A stretch of DNA of 63,271 nt, filler included, from Collodictyon triciliatum (Eukaryota): NCBI GenBank assembly GCA_043381765.1. It is 32 parts of 32 records of this genome, joined end to end, with 100 filler letters (N's around TTAATTAATTAA, not from the genome) between each part and the next. Parts side by side here need not be neighbours in the genome. Positions count along the whole stretch, not along the records: positions 37,693 to 39,570 come from JBHJMP010009998.1; positions 39,671 to 41,548 come from JBHJMP010009999.1; positions 41,649 to 43,524 come from JBHJMP010010000.1; positions 43,625 to 45,501 come from JBHJMP010010001.1; positions 45,602 to 47,477 come from JBHJMP010010002.1; positions 47,578 to 49,453 come from JBHJMP010010003.1; positions 49,554 to 51,428 come from JBHJMP010010004.1; positions 51,529 to 53,403 come from JBHJMP010010005.1; 24 more parts are not named here. One strand, written 5' to 3'. The notes under the pieces were generated by a model. The model saw only the letters and a program-made list of their open reading frames with translations, searched no databases and was not told the DNA's origin. Of the stretch, positions 38,291 through 52,645 are shown piece by piece (positions within the stretch are counted from its first letter, which is position 1; the number at the start of each line of letters is the position of its first letter). Both the position numbers and the translations under genes were made by a program.

Positions 38291-39867
38291 AGAATGTGCG
38301 ACATCAGCACCGTAAAGAAGAAACAAAAGGTAAATCCAAAGCCAGATCGACATACAGACAGGCCTCACTGATCTTGACATAGCCTTTATTGTCTATGATC
38401 TCTGGGGTTTGGGTGACACAATGTTCCTTGACCGTTATCAGAGTAGGCAGATGATTAGAATATTAAGTCGATTTGTGTTAATAAAGAAGTAATAACAATA
38501 GTAGCAAGGTCGCATGTTCACCGAGAAGTTGTCACGACAGCACAGAGTCATATGTAAATAGAGTTCAATAAAAAAAAATGAGCCAAGGAAAACTAAAGCA
38601 GGGTCAATCAAACAAAATCGAGCTATAGGTGGCAGGGGGAAACTAGTGATTCAATCCAGCCCGGGGTCAGAATCATGTCATCTTCATGAGGACCGTGTAA
38701 TACTCCCAAGCGAGAGAACATTCTCGGCATCCTAACCCTGGCCCAGCAGGACGCCTTTGGAGAGCAAATCCTGGCACTCATCGGGTTGTGGGCGCAGCTA
38801 CACCGGCAACGCCCCACGCTTTTCTTGTCGCGCTCATTCACGCCTGAGCTGGAATTTATATTATTAATGCAGTTGCTTGTCCAATGCGCGCACGATGTTT
38901 TCTGCAAAGCATAGTATATTGTATGGAAATAGGCTATGTTATAGTTTAATGCAAACAATCGTCGTTCTCGTTGTATTTTGGCCTTCCGTCGATTTATGGT
39001 GCTTTGATGGTATCTTGTTTGACTGCACGAGAAGTCCCTGCCAGGCCTAGCGCACTTACCGCCCGGGACATGATAAGCGCACGAACCATGGCGGCAGAGA
39101 GCTTGATATTTTTCGTTACCTCCACGGCCGGGCATAGCGGACAGCGGTAGATTATCTATGAAGCAAAGAGGGGCGGCAGAACGTGACAAGCAGCAAGCAG
39201 GAGCAAAGCGTGCAAGTAATTCCCCGGGTGCCCTTCGCCAAGGCAAGCCCATCCGGCGCTGTGAGCCGACCCGGGTGGCGATGACGAAACCTGCAGCTCG
39301 GCAAGACGAATTTTGTGACAGCGCGCTGGCCCAAACACCAGCCGACAGGCAACGCCAAATAACCCCTTTGTGTTGAAACCATGTGGAGAATAAACAAAAG
39401 GCTACGCACCAACAAACGCACCAAACAATAATAAAGGAATTAGCAGCGTAAAATACAATTATATAAACATGGTGAGAATGAAGATGCAAAAAAAAAAAAA
39501 AAAAAAATGCAGAAAAAAAAAATAAAAAAAAAACTTTTCTCCCCCCGGCTAGTTTCCAACCATTTTTTTTNNNNNNNNNNNNNNNNNNNNNNNNNNNNNN
39601 NNNNNNNNNNNNNNTTAATTAATTAANNNNNNNNNNNNNNNNNNNNNNNNNNNNNNNNNNNNNNNNNNNNTTCTTCTTCTTCTTCTTCTTCTTCTTCTTC
39701 TTCTTCTTCTTCTTCTTCTTCTTCTTCTTCTTCTTCTTGATTTACTCGGGCTTTCTACAACTAAAAAGAATGCAAACTTTGAAATAAAAGGAGGAGGAAC
39801 CAGAAAGAGAAAGAGAAAGAGAAAGAGAACGAGAAAAAAAGAAAAGGCACAGCACCTGCACAAGCTG

Positions 39868-41548
39868 ATGGCTTCGTTGTCTATTTATGTAAAACGCACG
39901 CATGCACTCGTCACCAAACCACTGGCAAAGGATTTGCGCCATGATAAGGTCACAAAATGTATACCACCCATGGCTTTTAGCCTGGCCGAGACAAAGTCCA
40001 AGAACTACTCTGTCATAATCCCTGCCAACAATGGAATCATGTGCTTCATCATCGAAATCATTAACCGCGATAATGTAGTGGTTGAAAATGCCTTCAAAAT
40101 TAAAGACAACAATGCAAAAACAGTGGGTTTATTCTTTTTTTTAAAAAAAAATGCTTTCAACCACACTATATTCCCTTTTTCGATTATACGTCTAGATTTT
40201 GCGATTGAAGTTCCTCATATAGTCATGGTGTGATATATTTATGTCTTTCAACACTCATCAAATCAATATTTAGTCACTGTTATCAGACACCTGCCCGCAA
40301 AATCACCACTTCTTGGTCATTAAAAATTTTGGCTTCCATTGCACGAGCTGCAGTGCATACAATTGCAACGTCGGCGAGCTGGATGACACCGGCCGTGGAT
40401 TGCTTCGACTTAAAGTCACTGTCTTCACAACAAACTCAAAGCTCCTAGTACATACGATGCCGCTCTTTATATTTTCAAACATCCCGGACAAAGACACAGC
40501 CATCACCCGCGTCCTTGAAATGCGCGAGCGTCTTGCATTAGAGAGCGGCCACATCTACCGCTTCAGCGAGACCTCTGACCCTCGATTTCATGCAAAGCGA
40601 AGAACCCACAGTGTCTTTGACCGAAAACCCCTATGTGTCCTCTATGATGTCCATAGTATGAATCAATTTATATTGTATGCGTACTCATAAGAATGTATCC
40701 GCTATTTATACGACCATGTGCTAATTTTTCTTGATTCGTTGTTTATTGTCTTATTTACTGTTTCGTCTATCTAATACTTGCTGAAAAAAATAATAATTAT
40801 GCTTGATTGATTGTATTCGGTAGAGAGGGAAGGAGTGAGTGAGTGAGTGAGTGAGTGAGTGAGTAGGAGATCAGTTGATTATATATGCATGTTACATACT
40901 CAAAATCCTACACCATTCTACCCACAGATATCCCAGAGCTGCCTCTTACCAGTGATGACTTTGCCATAATTGAAGGCCTTCAATACCTGGAGCAGAACCC
41001 ACATCCTTTGAACCTGGCCATAGCTGCGATTAGCACCACAGAAGCCATCCCGGGTCCCGAGCAGCGCAACCAACAACTTTCGTCCAGCATCTGGGAGGTG
41101 TCCCACGTTACGCTGGTTGTGACGCCGGTCCAGTGGGAGTCGCCACACGATGCTCTTAATCTCACAACTGTGACTCCGATGCTTCCATCTAACGGGGCTC
41201 TCCAAACACCAGCACAACCGGCCTTCGATGCTGACGACTTCAACATCACCTTAGGCTCCATCCAGGGACATCGCCTCGATGTTGCAGAGAGCCTGGAAAT
41301 GCCGCCCAGTGTCCCATATGACTGCAACGAGAGCAATTCAAGAAGCATCGAGAAGAGTCCCTGTGCATTGTCGCCAGACAGAAGGGCTGCACAACATATG
41401 AGGACCTCACTTGCGTCCTGTGAGAGAACCTTTGCAATCCCCCATAGCCGCCGCACACCTTTTGAGCCAAAGTCTCTGGGCCTTTCTCAACCCGAGGATG
41501 CGCGTCATTCTCCTAGCCCTGCGCGTAGCGCTGCAGCTTTCTTTGGCC
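39868..41548 (+). CDS. Hypothetical protein, beta-rich N-terminal domain plus disordered tail (possible Ig-fold/p53-like transcription factor), partial
   Basis: In-phase exons 39868-40122, 40274-40634 and 40928-41548; KNFGFHCTS...GRGLLRLKVTVFT...TMPLFIFSN, then KRR and a Pro/Ser/acidic tail. Confidence 0.55.
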
Positions 41549-43059
41549 NNNNNNNNNNNNNNNNNNNNNNNNNNNNNNNNNNNNNNNNNNNNTTAATTAA
41601 TTAANNNNNNNNNNNNNNNNNNNNNNNNNNNNNNNNNNNNNNNNNNNNAAAAAAAAATTAATAATGCAAAAGTAAAGGATGAGAAAGCTAAAAAACAAAA
41701 ACAAAAACAAAAACAAAAACAAAAACAAAAACAAAAACAGTCTGCGATCGCCTTCTGTGTTTTGTACCCTTGCACAAGTCCCATGCCGACGTCGGGATAT
41801 TCCTCGATGACGTGGATGGAGGAAGTTGCTGGCGAGTCGGCCATTGGGTTCTTTGAAAATAAAAAAAAAGGATTAGTGGCACAAAAGCAAAGCAAAAATC
41901 AGAGGGAGAGAGAGAGAGAAACAATCGCGTGGGCTTTTCAGGAGTCAGGTACATCGTCACCCCTTGTGTCTAATAAGTAAACGAAGACTTCAACGCTTGA
42001 TCAGATCAGCCAAGCGCGAGCATCATCACAGTCTAAATGTGGAGAATATTCACTATTTGTGGAAAATTCTATCAATCTAATACCTTTGCGAGGAAATCTT
42101 TTGGATGTGCCTATCGAAAGAAACGACCCACCGACCCACGGGGAGCAAGATAAGTATGAATATAATGCTCGGTATTCGTTTCTCTGATTCATTCATCTTT
42201 TTTTCTTTTTTTCTTATATTTATCTTTTTTTCCCCTTTTTTTTCATTTCATCTTTTTCTTTTCTGATTCCAGATGCGAAGCACGGGTACCTTTCTTGTAC
42301 CTAAATGAAAAAGAAAAAAAAAAGCATCAGATCTTTAAAAGGAGAAAATTTCAAACAAATCGATTATTTATCAGCAATCATGAAACGATAATCGAAACAC
42401 TGAGGAATGGCTGTTTGTTTGGAGACCATCAGCTCGTTTATTGTGACCTCGTTCTATCTTTTTGCAGTAACGGGGGGTGAAAATATGTGTGCAGAAATCG
42501 TAGACTTCGATAACATACAACATTTCAGCCACCAAACACTCAATTGGCACTGTATGGCCCGCAAAGTGAAGGAAGCATTGTGTCAGGCATTTTATTTATT
42601 CTAATTCTTAAGTATTCCTATTTTTATTTTTTATTTTTTTTGTATATACTATTTCAATTACTCAAATTTTCTATATATTAAATGAAGAAATGACTCAATA
42701 GTAAATTCATGGAGCTTGTAATTTCTGTTTCTATTTCATTAATATTTTGTTCATGCAATTGATTTCTACCTTTATGGCAGCATGGAACTCAAGGAACGTT
42801 GCGAGGTTTAGACAGAGTCATTAGCCGTCATCCAGAACTAACGAAATAACTTCGTGTTACCAAGCAAAATATGCCCTCATTCTAATGAAACATAATTACC
42901 CTTATTTCCCACTCATAAACCCAAATTAAACAGGAAGAGAAAGGTGGTTATAGGCGGGTTTAGGAATTTAAAAGAACATTCACATTTTATTTTGTTATGA
43001 TTGTGAGATTTTTTTTATTCTTCCTTTCAATTTTGTGCAGGATGGTGAAGATGTTGGCT

Positions 43060-43524
43060 TTGGTTCGCCAGCCATTGTTTGCATGGACGCTACTTGGTGG
43101 CCGGGTGGTGGAGAAGTAGTCGGTAATCAGGAATTGCATCCTGCGCTTTGGCCTGTAGCCTGGGTCTTGTGCTTGCATGAGAGAGACAAGGCGAGGTTTA
43201 ATATCCTTCTCAGCTTCTTTCCACATGTCTCTTCTCACGGGGTCGGAGTAATAGAGAACGTGCAGGTGGCGAAGGAAACTGTTGAGAAAAGAGATTTGTA
43301 TGATGTCATTCAGCCTGTTATCAGGAATGGATGGCTGATTGTTCAGTCTTGCTTTGCGTGAGTATATGCGCGCTATCCACATAGTCCATAGCAAATGGCC
43401 TCGCGTCACCGCCCAGAATGTTTTTGCATCTGGACGCAGCTGTTGCAGAGGCCCAAATATCGCCTGGATTGGGCCAACAGCCGCAGCCGTCTTGAGTGTC
43501 AGTCGAAGAATCTCACCGGCTGTT
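43060..43524 (-). mobile_element. 3' part of ORF2 of a second, divergent LINE family (low boundary approximate)
   Basis: TRGHLLWTMWIARIYSR...IQISFLNSFLRHLHVLYYSDPVRRDMW...QFLITDYF aligns with ORF 13210-13557. Confidence 0.85.
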
Positions 43525-43770
43525 NNNNNNNNNNNNNNNNNNNNNNNNNNNNNNNNNNNNNNNNNNNNTTAATTAATTAANNNNNNNNNNNNNNNNNNNN
43601 NNNNNNNNNNNNNNNNNNNNNNNNAAAAGACAAAAGACAAAAGACAAAAGACAAAAGACAAAAGACAAAAGACAAAAGACAAAAGACAAAAGACAAAAGA
43701 CAAAAGACAAAAGACAAAAGACAAAAACAAAGACAAAAGACAAAGACAAAGACAAAAGGTTACATGATAC

Positions 43771-45318
<1,548 letters not shown>

Positions 45319-45401
45319 CTTATTTTTTTTTAAGGAAAAAAGAGAATAGAAAAAAGGCTTTAATTTCATGGCTAATTACGAGCATCCTATCATATAATTG
45401 C

Positions 45402-45484
<83 letters not shown>

Positions 45485-45992
45485 GTAGTAGTAGTAGTAG
45501 TNNNNNNNNNNNNNNNNNNNNNNNNNNNNNNNNNNNNNNNNNNNNTTAATTAATTAANNNNNNNNNNNNNNNNNNNNNNNNNNNNNNNNNNNNNNNNNNN
45601 NACAAAAAAACAAAAAAACAAAAAAACAAAAAAACAAAAAAACAAAAAAACAAAAAAAACAAAAAAACAAAAAAACAAAAAAACAAAAAACAAAAAACAA
45701 TAAAAAAAAATTGTTCTAGAGCCAATATTATACTGGGCATAAACAAAAGACCTTAAGAACAGCTTGAACTTTTACGAAAGAAAAAACATCACTTTTATTT
45801 AGTTCAAAGCTATGCTTATTGAAACTACCGGATATTCTACCAAAATAAAGAAAAAAGAAAGCTTCATATATATTTTACTGATTTCTTACACTTTGAATCG
45901 AATAAAGGAATTTTTTTTTTCACTGATAGCTTACAATCCTGCAGTTGGAAACTTTTCTTGTTGTTATATTAACATAAGAAAAAGAACGTGAA

Positions 45993-47208
45993 ATGTCAGT
46001 GACGCGCACGGTTTTGACTCGACCGCATGACTATGCCTATGGTAAGTAGACGCACAACTAACATCGTTATATTTTCGGATATCTTGCTTCGTTTAGAGAT
46101 TTTTTTCTTTGTTTTGTTCGGATGGCTGTGTCTACCACACCCAACTGTGAAAACCCCCTGAAAAAGTTTAGCTGTCCTCCTCATATTTTCCCTATTTTCC
46201 TCCTTATTTTCCTCTTTTCACAGTGGATTATATATGTTTGATCACTAGAAACTCTGAAGAATGAATTGCTGGACTATACATCAAGTATGTCACAAATCAG
46301 ATAATCGAAATATTAAATATCTCTTTAGACCCAAATTATACCATCTCTGACCACCGAGATCATATGCGTGCGCAGTACAGAGGAAATATGTCTAGCATCG
46401 TAAGTCAAATTAATTACTTCATCATCTCCCAAACAAAAAAATAAAGCAGGGATATGAATCAAGAAAGATACAGAAAAATGAAAAGACCACCCCAAGACAT
46501 GCGAATATCATTAAAGAAAATTTGAACATACCCTCCATGTTTTACGTAATAGTTGTATTTTATTTCACCAATTTGTAAATACTTCTGTGCAATCATTCAT
46601 TCTACCGATCGCATCGTTGCGGACGATATTTCGCTCTGATAATAGGAGCGTGTTCCAGACTTCCAGAACATGTTTTCCGAGATGTCCCTTTATCCAAACC
46701 ACAGCTATCGCCTGAAGCCAGGCCATGGTCCTCCGATGCACCAGTTGGCGATGTATCAGGGACCCGCACAGAATCAAGGCCACATAAATCTTGACAGTGT
46801 TGACCTGTCAAAGGACCGACACAAATACCTGAAAAGACCTGTGGTTCCATACCTGACTTCGGTGCCTCCAGAAGTGTTTGTCTTTATATTCCTCATACAA
46901 AAAACCTGGACGTTTATTCTAGATTGTATATCTACACTCCAGTATTTTGTTTCGTTCGCTTCCACCATACTCACACATACATTTTATTGGAATTACAAAG
47001 TCCTAACACTAATTAACCAGGGTTCTGAGTCGAATCCGAGAGCAAGATGTTACCCAGCCTAGTTTAATTCCTGAGCCTGCTTCAAAGACCATAGAGATAC
47101 AGACTATGTACAGAGAATCTGAAGCACAGACAATTCCGTATACCCCTGATGCTGTTGTGCCACCAGGCGAAAATCCTGAATTACTTGAGCTAAATGAGTT
47201 GAAATATG
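45993..47208 (+). CDS. CFAP91: Cilia- and flagella-associated protein 91 (MAATS1/FAP91), N-terminal exons
   Basis: MSVTRTVLTRPHDYAYDPNYTISDHRDH...KYLKRPVVPYL...IQTMYRESEAQTIPYTPDAVVPPGENPELLELNELKYG matches the CFAP91 QTxYRESEAQTxPYTP signature. Confidence 0.85.
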
Positions 47209-47382
47209 GTGAGTCTCAGTGCAGTTATTCACTAGGACAAGCAAAAATCGCCCACTATATATTATGTGTAAAAAAAAAAAAAACCAGCACCCAAATATAA
47301 AAGCTCTGTTTTCGAGTTTGCATTTTTCAATATACCTCTGCTATCACTTGATTTGTGGTCAACACCCAACTAGCACTCTCAG

Positions 47383-47477
<95 letters not shown>

Positions 47478-47595
47478 NNNNNNNNNNNNNNNNNNNNNNN
47501 NNNNNNNNNNNNNNNNNNNNNTTAATTAATTAANNNNNNNNNNNNNNNNNNNNNNNNNNNNNNNNNNNNNNNNNNNNAAAAAACAAAAAAAAAAA

Positions 47596-47639
<44 letters not shown>

Positions 47640-48004
47640 ATAAAAGAAGAAAAGAAAGAGAAGACCACCCAAAACGACACGCAGGAACGGCAAAACCCAA
47701 TCACTCGGCATTCACATTGCCAAGGCACTTCCTCTCTTCATCACCATGCAAAACTGCCGCAGAAGTCCAGCGTAACTTTCCAGCTTGCCAAAGCACAACT
47801 CATCTCAAAGCAGCCACAACCAACATCCGAAACACAACTCTTTGCCGCACGCCAAAGCCCGACACGCTTATTCTGACACAGGAAATAGTAATCAATAAAT
47901 CCCGCAACCCAAACAATTATTCCGGAAAAAACTAATAAGAGAATTATTTTGATTAAGTTAATAAGAAAACGGAGGAGGGCGATTGAAAAAGGGAGGGGGA
48001 AAAG

Positions 48005-48038
<34 letters not shown>

Positions 48039-48112
48039 AATGGAACAAGCGCGCTCTGAGGCCAAACTGACTGCGATTCCTTCTCATCCTCACACAAGGC
48101 AGAAGCAGATCG

Positions 48113-49453
<1,341 letters not shown>

Positions 49454-49553
49454 NNNNNNNNNNNNNNNNNNNNNNNNNNNNNNNNNNNNNNNNNNNNTTA
49501 ATTAATTAANNNNNNNNNNNNNNNNNNNNNNNNNNNNNNNNNNNNNNNNNNNN

Positions 49554-51428
49554 GTTCAGTGCTTAGCTGGCGTATTGTTTGCTTTGATTCATTGAGCGCA
49601 GTGCTTTGGTCTTTTATTGTTTCCTTGGATTCATCGAGTTCAGCGTTTAGCTCTTGTATTGATTGCTTTGATTCATTGAGTTCATTGCTTAGCTGACGTA
49701 TTGTTTGCTTTGATTCATTGGGTTCAGTGTTTAGCTCTTGTATTGATTGCTTTGATTCATTGAGTTCAGTGCTTAGCTGGCGTATTATTTGCTTCGATTC
49801 ATTGAGTTCAGTGTTTAGCTTGCGTATTGTTTGCTTTGATTCATTGAGCGCAGTGCTTTGGTCTTTTATTGTTTCCTTGGATTCATCGAGTTCAGTGTTT
49901 AGCTCTTGTATTGTTTGCTTGGATTCATCGAGTTCAGTGTTTAGCTCTTGTACTGTTTGCTTTGATTCATTGAGCTCAGTGCTTTGGTCTTTTATTGTTC
50001 CCTTCGATTTTTCGAGTTCCGTACTTATCACCTGTATTGCTTGCTTTGATTCATCGAGTTCAGTACTTATCTCTTGAATTGTTTGCTTTGATTCATTGAG
50101 TTCAGTACTTAGCTGGCGTACTGTTTGCTTTGATTCATCGTGTTCAGTACTTAGCTCTTGTACTGTTTGCTTGGATTCATCGAGTTCAGTGTTTAGCTCG
50201 CGTACTGTTTGCTTCGATTCATTGAGTTCAGTGCTTAGCTCTTGTATTGCTTGCTTTGATTCATCGAGTTCAGTACTTATCTCTTGAATTGTTTGCTTTG
50301 ATTCATCGAGTTCAGTACTTAGCTGGCGTACTGTTTGCTTTGATTCATCGAGTTCAGTACTTAGCTCTTGTACTGTTTGCTTTGATTCATTGAGCTCAGT
50401 GCTTTGGTCTTTTATTGTTTCCTTGGATTCATCGAGTTCAGTGTTTAGCTCTTGTATTGTTTGCTTTGATTCATTGAGTTCAGTACTTAGCTGGCGTACT
50501 GTTTCCTTCGATTCATTGAGTTCACTGCTTATCTTCTGTATTGTTTCCATTGATTCATCGAGTTCAGTGCTTAGCTCTTGTATTGTTTGCTTTGATTCAT
50601 TGAGTTCAGTGTTTAGCTGGCGTATTGTTTGCTTTGATTCATCGAGTTCAGTACTTAGCTGGCGTACTGTTTGCTTTGATTCATTGAGTTCAGTGTTTAG
50701 CTCTTGTACTGTTTGCTTTGATTCATTGATTTCAGTGCTTAGCTCTTGTACTGTTTGCTTTGATTCATCGAGTTCAGTACTTAGCTGGCGTATTGTCTGC
50801 TTTGATTCATTGGGTTCCGCACTTAGCTTTTGTACTGTTTGCTTCGATTCATTGAGTTCACTGCTTATCTTCTGTATTGTTTCCATTGATTCATCGAGTT
50901 CAGTGCTTTGGTCTTTTATTGTTTCCTTGGATTCATCGAGTTCACTGCTTAGCTCTTGTATTGTTTGCTTTGATTCATTGAGTTCAGTACTTATCTTCTG
51001 TATTGTTTGCTTCGATTCATTGAGTTCAGCGTTGAGCTCTTGTATTGTTTGATTTGATTCATTGAGCGCAGTGCTTATCTTCTGTATTGTTTGCTTCGAT
51101 TCATTGAGTTCAGCGTTGAGCTCTTGTACTGTTTGCTTCGATTCATTGAGTTCAGTACTTATCTTCTGTATTGTTTGCTTTGATTCATTGAGTTCAGTGC
51201 TTAGCTGGCGTATTGTTTGCTTTGATTCATTGAGTTCACTGCTTAGCTGACGTATTGTTTGCTTTGATTCATTGAGTTCAGTGCTTAGCTCTTGTACTGT
51301 TTGCTTGGATTCATCGAGTTCAGTGTTTAGCTTCTGTATTGCCTGCTTTGATTCATTGAGTTCAGTGTTTAGCTGGCATATTGTTTGCTTTGATTCATCG
51401 AGTTCAGTGCTTAGCTGGCGTATTGTTT
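49554..51428 (-). CDS. Coiled-coil protein built from a 14-aa (42-nt) tandem repeat; open across the whole contig
   Basis: About 44 units of STELNESKQTIQEL-like sequence; no stop seen in this frame. Confidence 0.8.
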
Positions 51429-51528
51429 NNNNNNNNNNNNNNNNNNNNNNNNNNNNNNNNNNNNNNNNNNNNTTAATTAATTAANNNNNNNNNNNNNNNN
51501 NNNNNNNNNNNNNNNNNNNNNNNNNNNN

Positions 51529-51758
51529 TGGTCAATTATATTGTAAGATTCAGGGCACGGATTGGGTACGTGTACGATAGCGACAAGTCTATGTATAAGA
51601 TAATGCTTGTTACATAATTGTATTTGTTTATATCCTCTGTTTTGTACGTAAGATTTTAAAATTGAAAGTTTGTTATTTCTTACATTTCCAAAAGTACCAA
51701 TTTCATACTGTTGACAAAAAGGAATAGGTTTAAATATTTCTTCTTGATTTAAAGACAT
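51529..51758 (-). CDS. NUMOD4-HNH homing-endonuclease-like protein, 3' partial
   Basis: EEIFKPIP..YEIGTFGNVRN..GYKQIQL..YLIHRLVAIVHVPNP..IIDH; intronless. Confidence 0.88.
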
Positions 51759-51798
51759 TATAATAATATAATAAATTACCTTTAAATAGCTTTACAAG

Positions 51799-52176
51799 AT
51801 GACAACTGAGACTTACGACACTAATGACTACATTTTAAAATTAATAAACTATGATGGAGTTGCACCTTGTGATGTGACAATTATATTTAAAAAAAATTAC
51901 GTAAAAAATATCACAATTATGTGGAGAAATGGTAGTCACCTCAGTCTATTTTGTTCTGGGAAAAGTGAAGGATATTCAACTGACGCTCTCTCCTGCTTTT
52001 TTGCGTTAAACAAATACAATGTAGAGGATAATTACGAAATGCATTTGGATAATACTCTTAATCATTTATTCGATGTAATGAATTATAGTGAAAGAAACTG
52101 GATTTTTATGAGAGAAAATTTGAAACCACTATTGCTTACTCTGCTCTGCTACATTATCAAGCGACACAAAGAATAA
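51799..52176 (+). CDS. 125-aa intronless hypothetical protein on the virus-like contig
   Basis: Complete ATG-TAA ORF, 40 nt from and divergent to the HNH gene. Confidence 0.6.
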   Translation: MTTETYDTNDYILKLINYDGVAPCDVTIIFKKNYVKNITIMWRNGSHLSLFCSGKSEGYSTDALSCFFALNKYNVEDNYEMHLDNTLNHLFDVMNYSERNWIFMRENLKPLLLTLLCYIIKRHKE

Positions 52177-52208
52177 ACTGACCAACTAACTAAAAAAAAG
52201 AGTTGAAG

Positions 52209-52368
52209 GCTGGCCCATTTTTTTATTTTTTGGCCCAAAAATCCCAAAAAAAATGGGTAAATCATAAACTCCGCGTAGGCGTTTTTTTTTACACCGAATT
52301 AAAATTCAACATAGGCAAAGAAGTTTTTTAGGCATTTTTTTTGGGATTTTTGGGCCAGGTGGGCCAGC
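52209..52368. repeat. Nested inverted repeat
   Basis: Perfect 25-bp arms TGGCCCAAAAATCCCAAAAAAAATG (52231-52255 / 52333-52357) and outer 9-bp arms GCTGGCCCA (52209-52217 / 52360-52368). Confidence 0.9.
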
Positions 52369-52603
52369 GCAAAGATACCGCTTATGGCATCAGCAATTAA
52401 TTTAAATTATTTATATTTAATTTAAATTATTTATATTCCACATTTGGTATCAGCGAATTAATTTAAATTGTTTATATTCCACATTTGGTATCGCCGTATA
52501 TGGGAATAGAAGCGTCTAGAAGTGTCTAGAAAGGTATCGTACTCGCCATATATGGTATGAAAGACCGTGAATAGGGGGTATAAATAGGTCGAGATAAATA
52601 AAG

Positions 52604-52645
52604 TGATATCATTTATATATTAATATTAATATATAAATGATATCA
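52604..52645. terminator. Perfect 42-bp AT-rich palindrome at the integrase 3' end (possible hairpin 3'-end signal)
   Basis: TGATATCATTTATATATTAAT-ATTAATATATAAATGATATCA. The palindrome is certain; its function is inferred. Confidence 0.5.

Noticed and set aside
38623-39489. 288-aa minus-strand ORF
   Set aside because: No recognisable motif, atypical composition and a non-ATG start; no coherent exon chain found.
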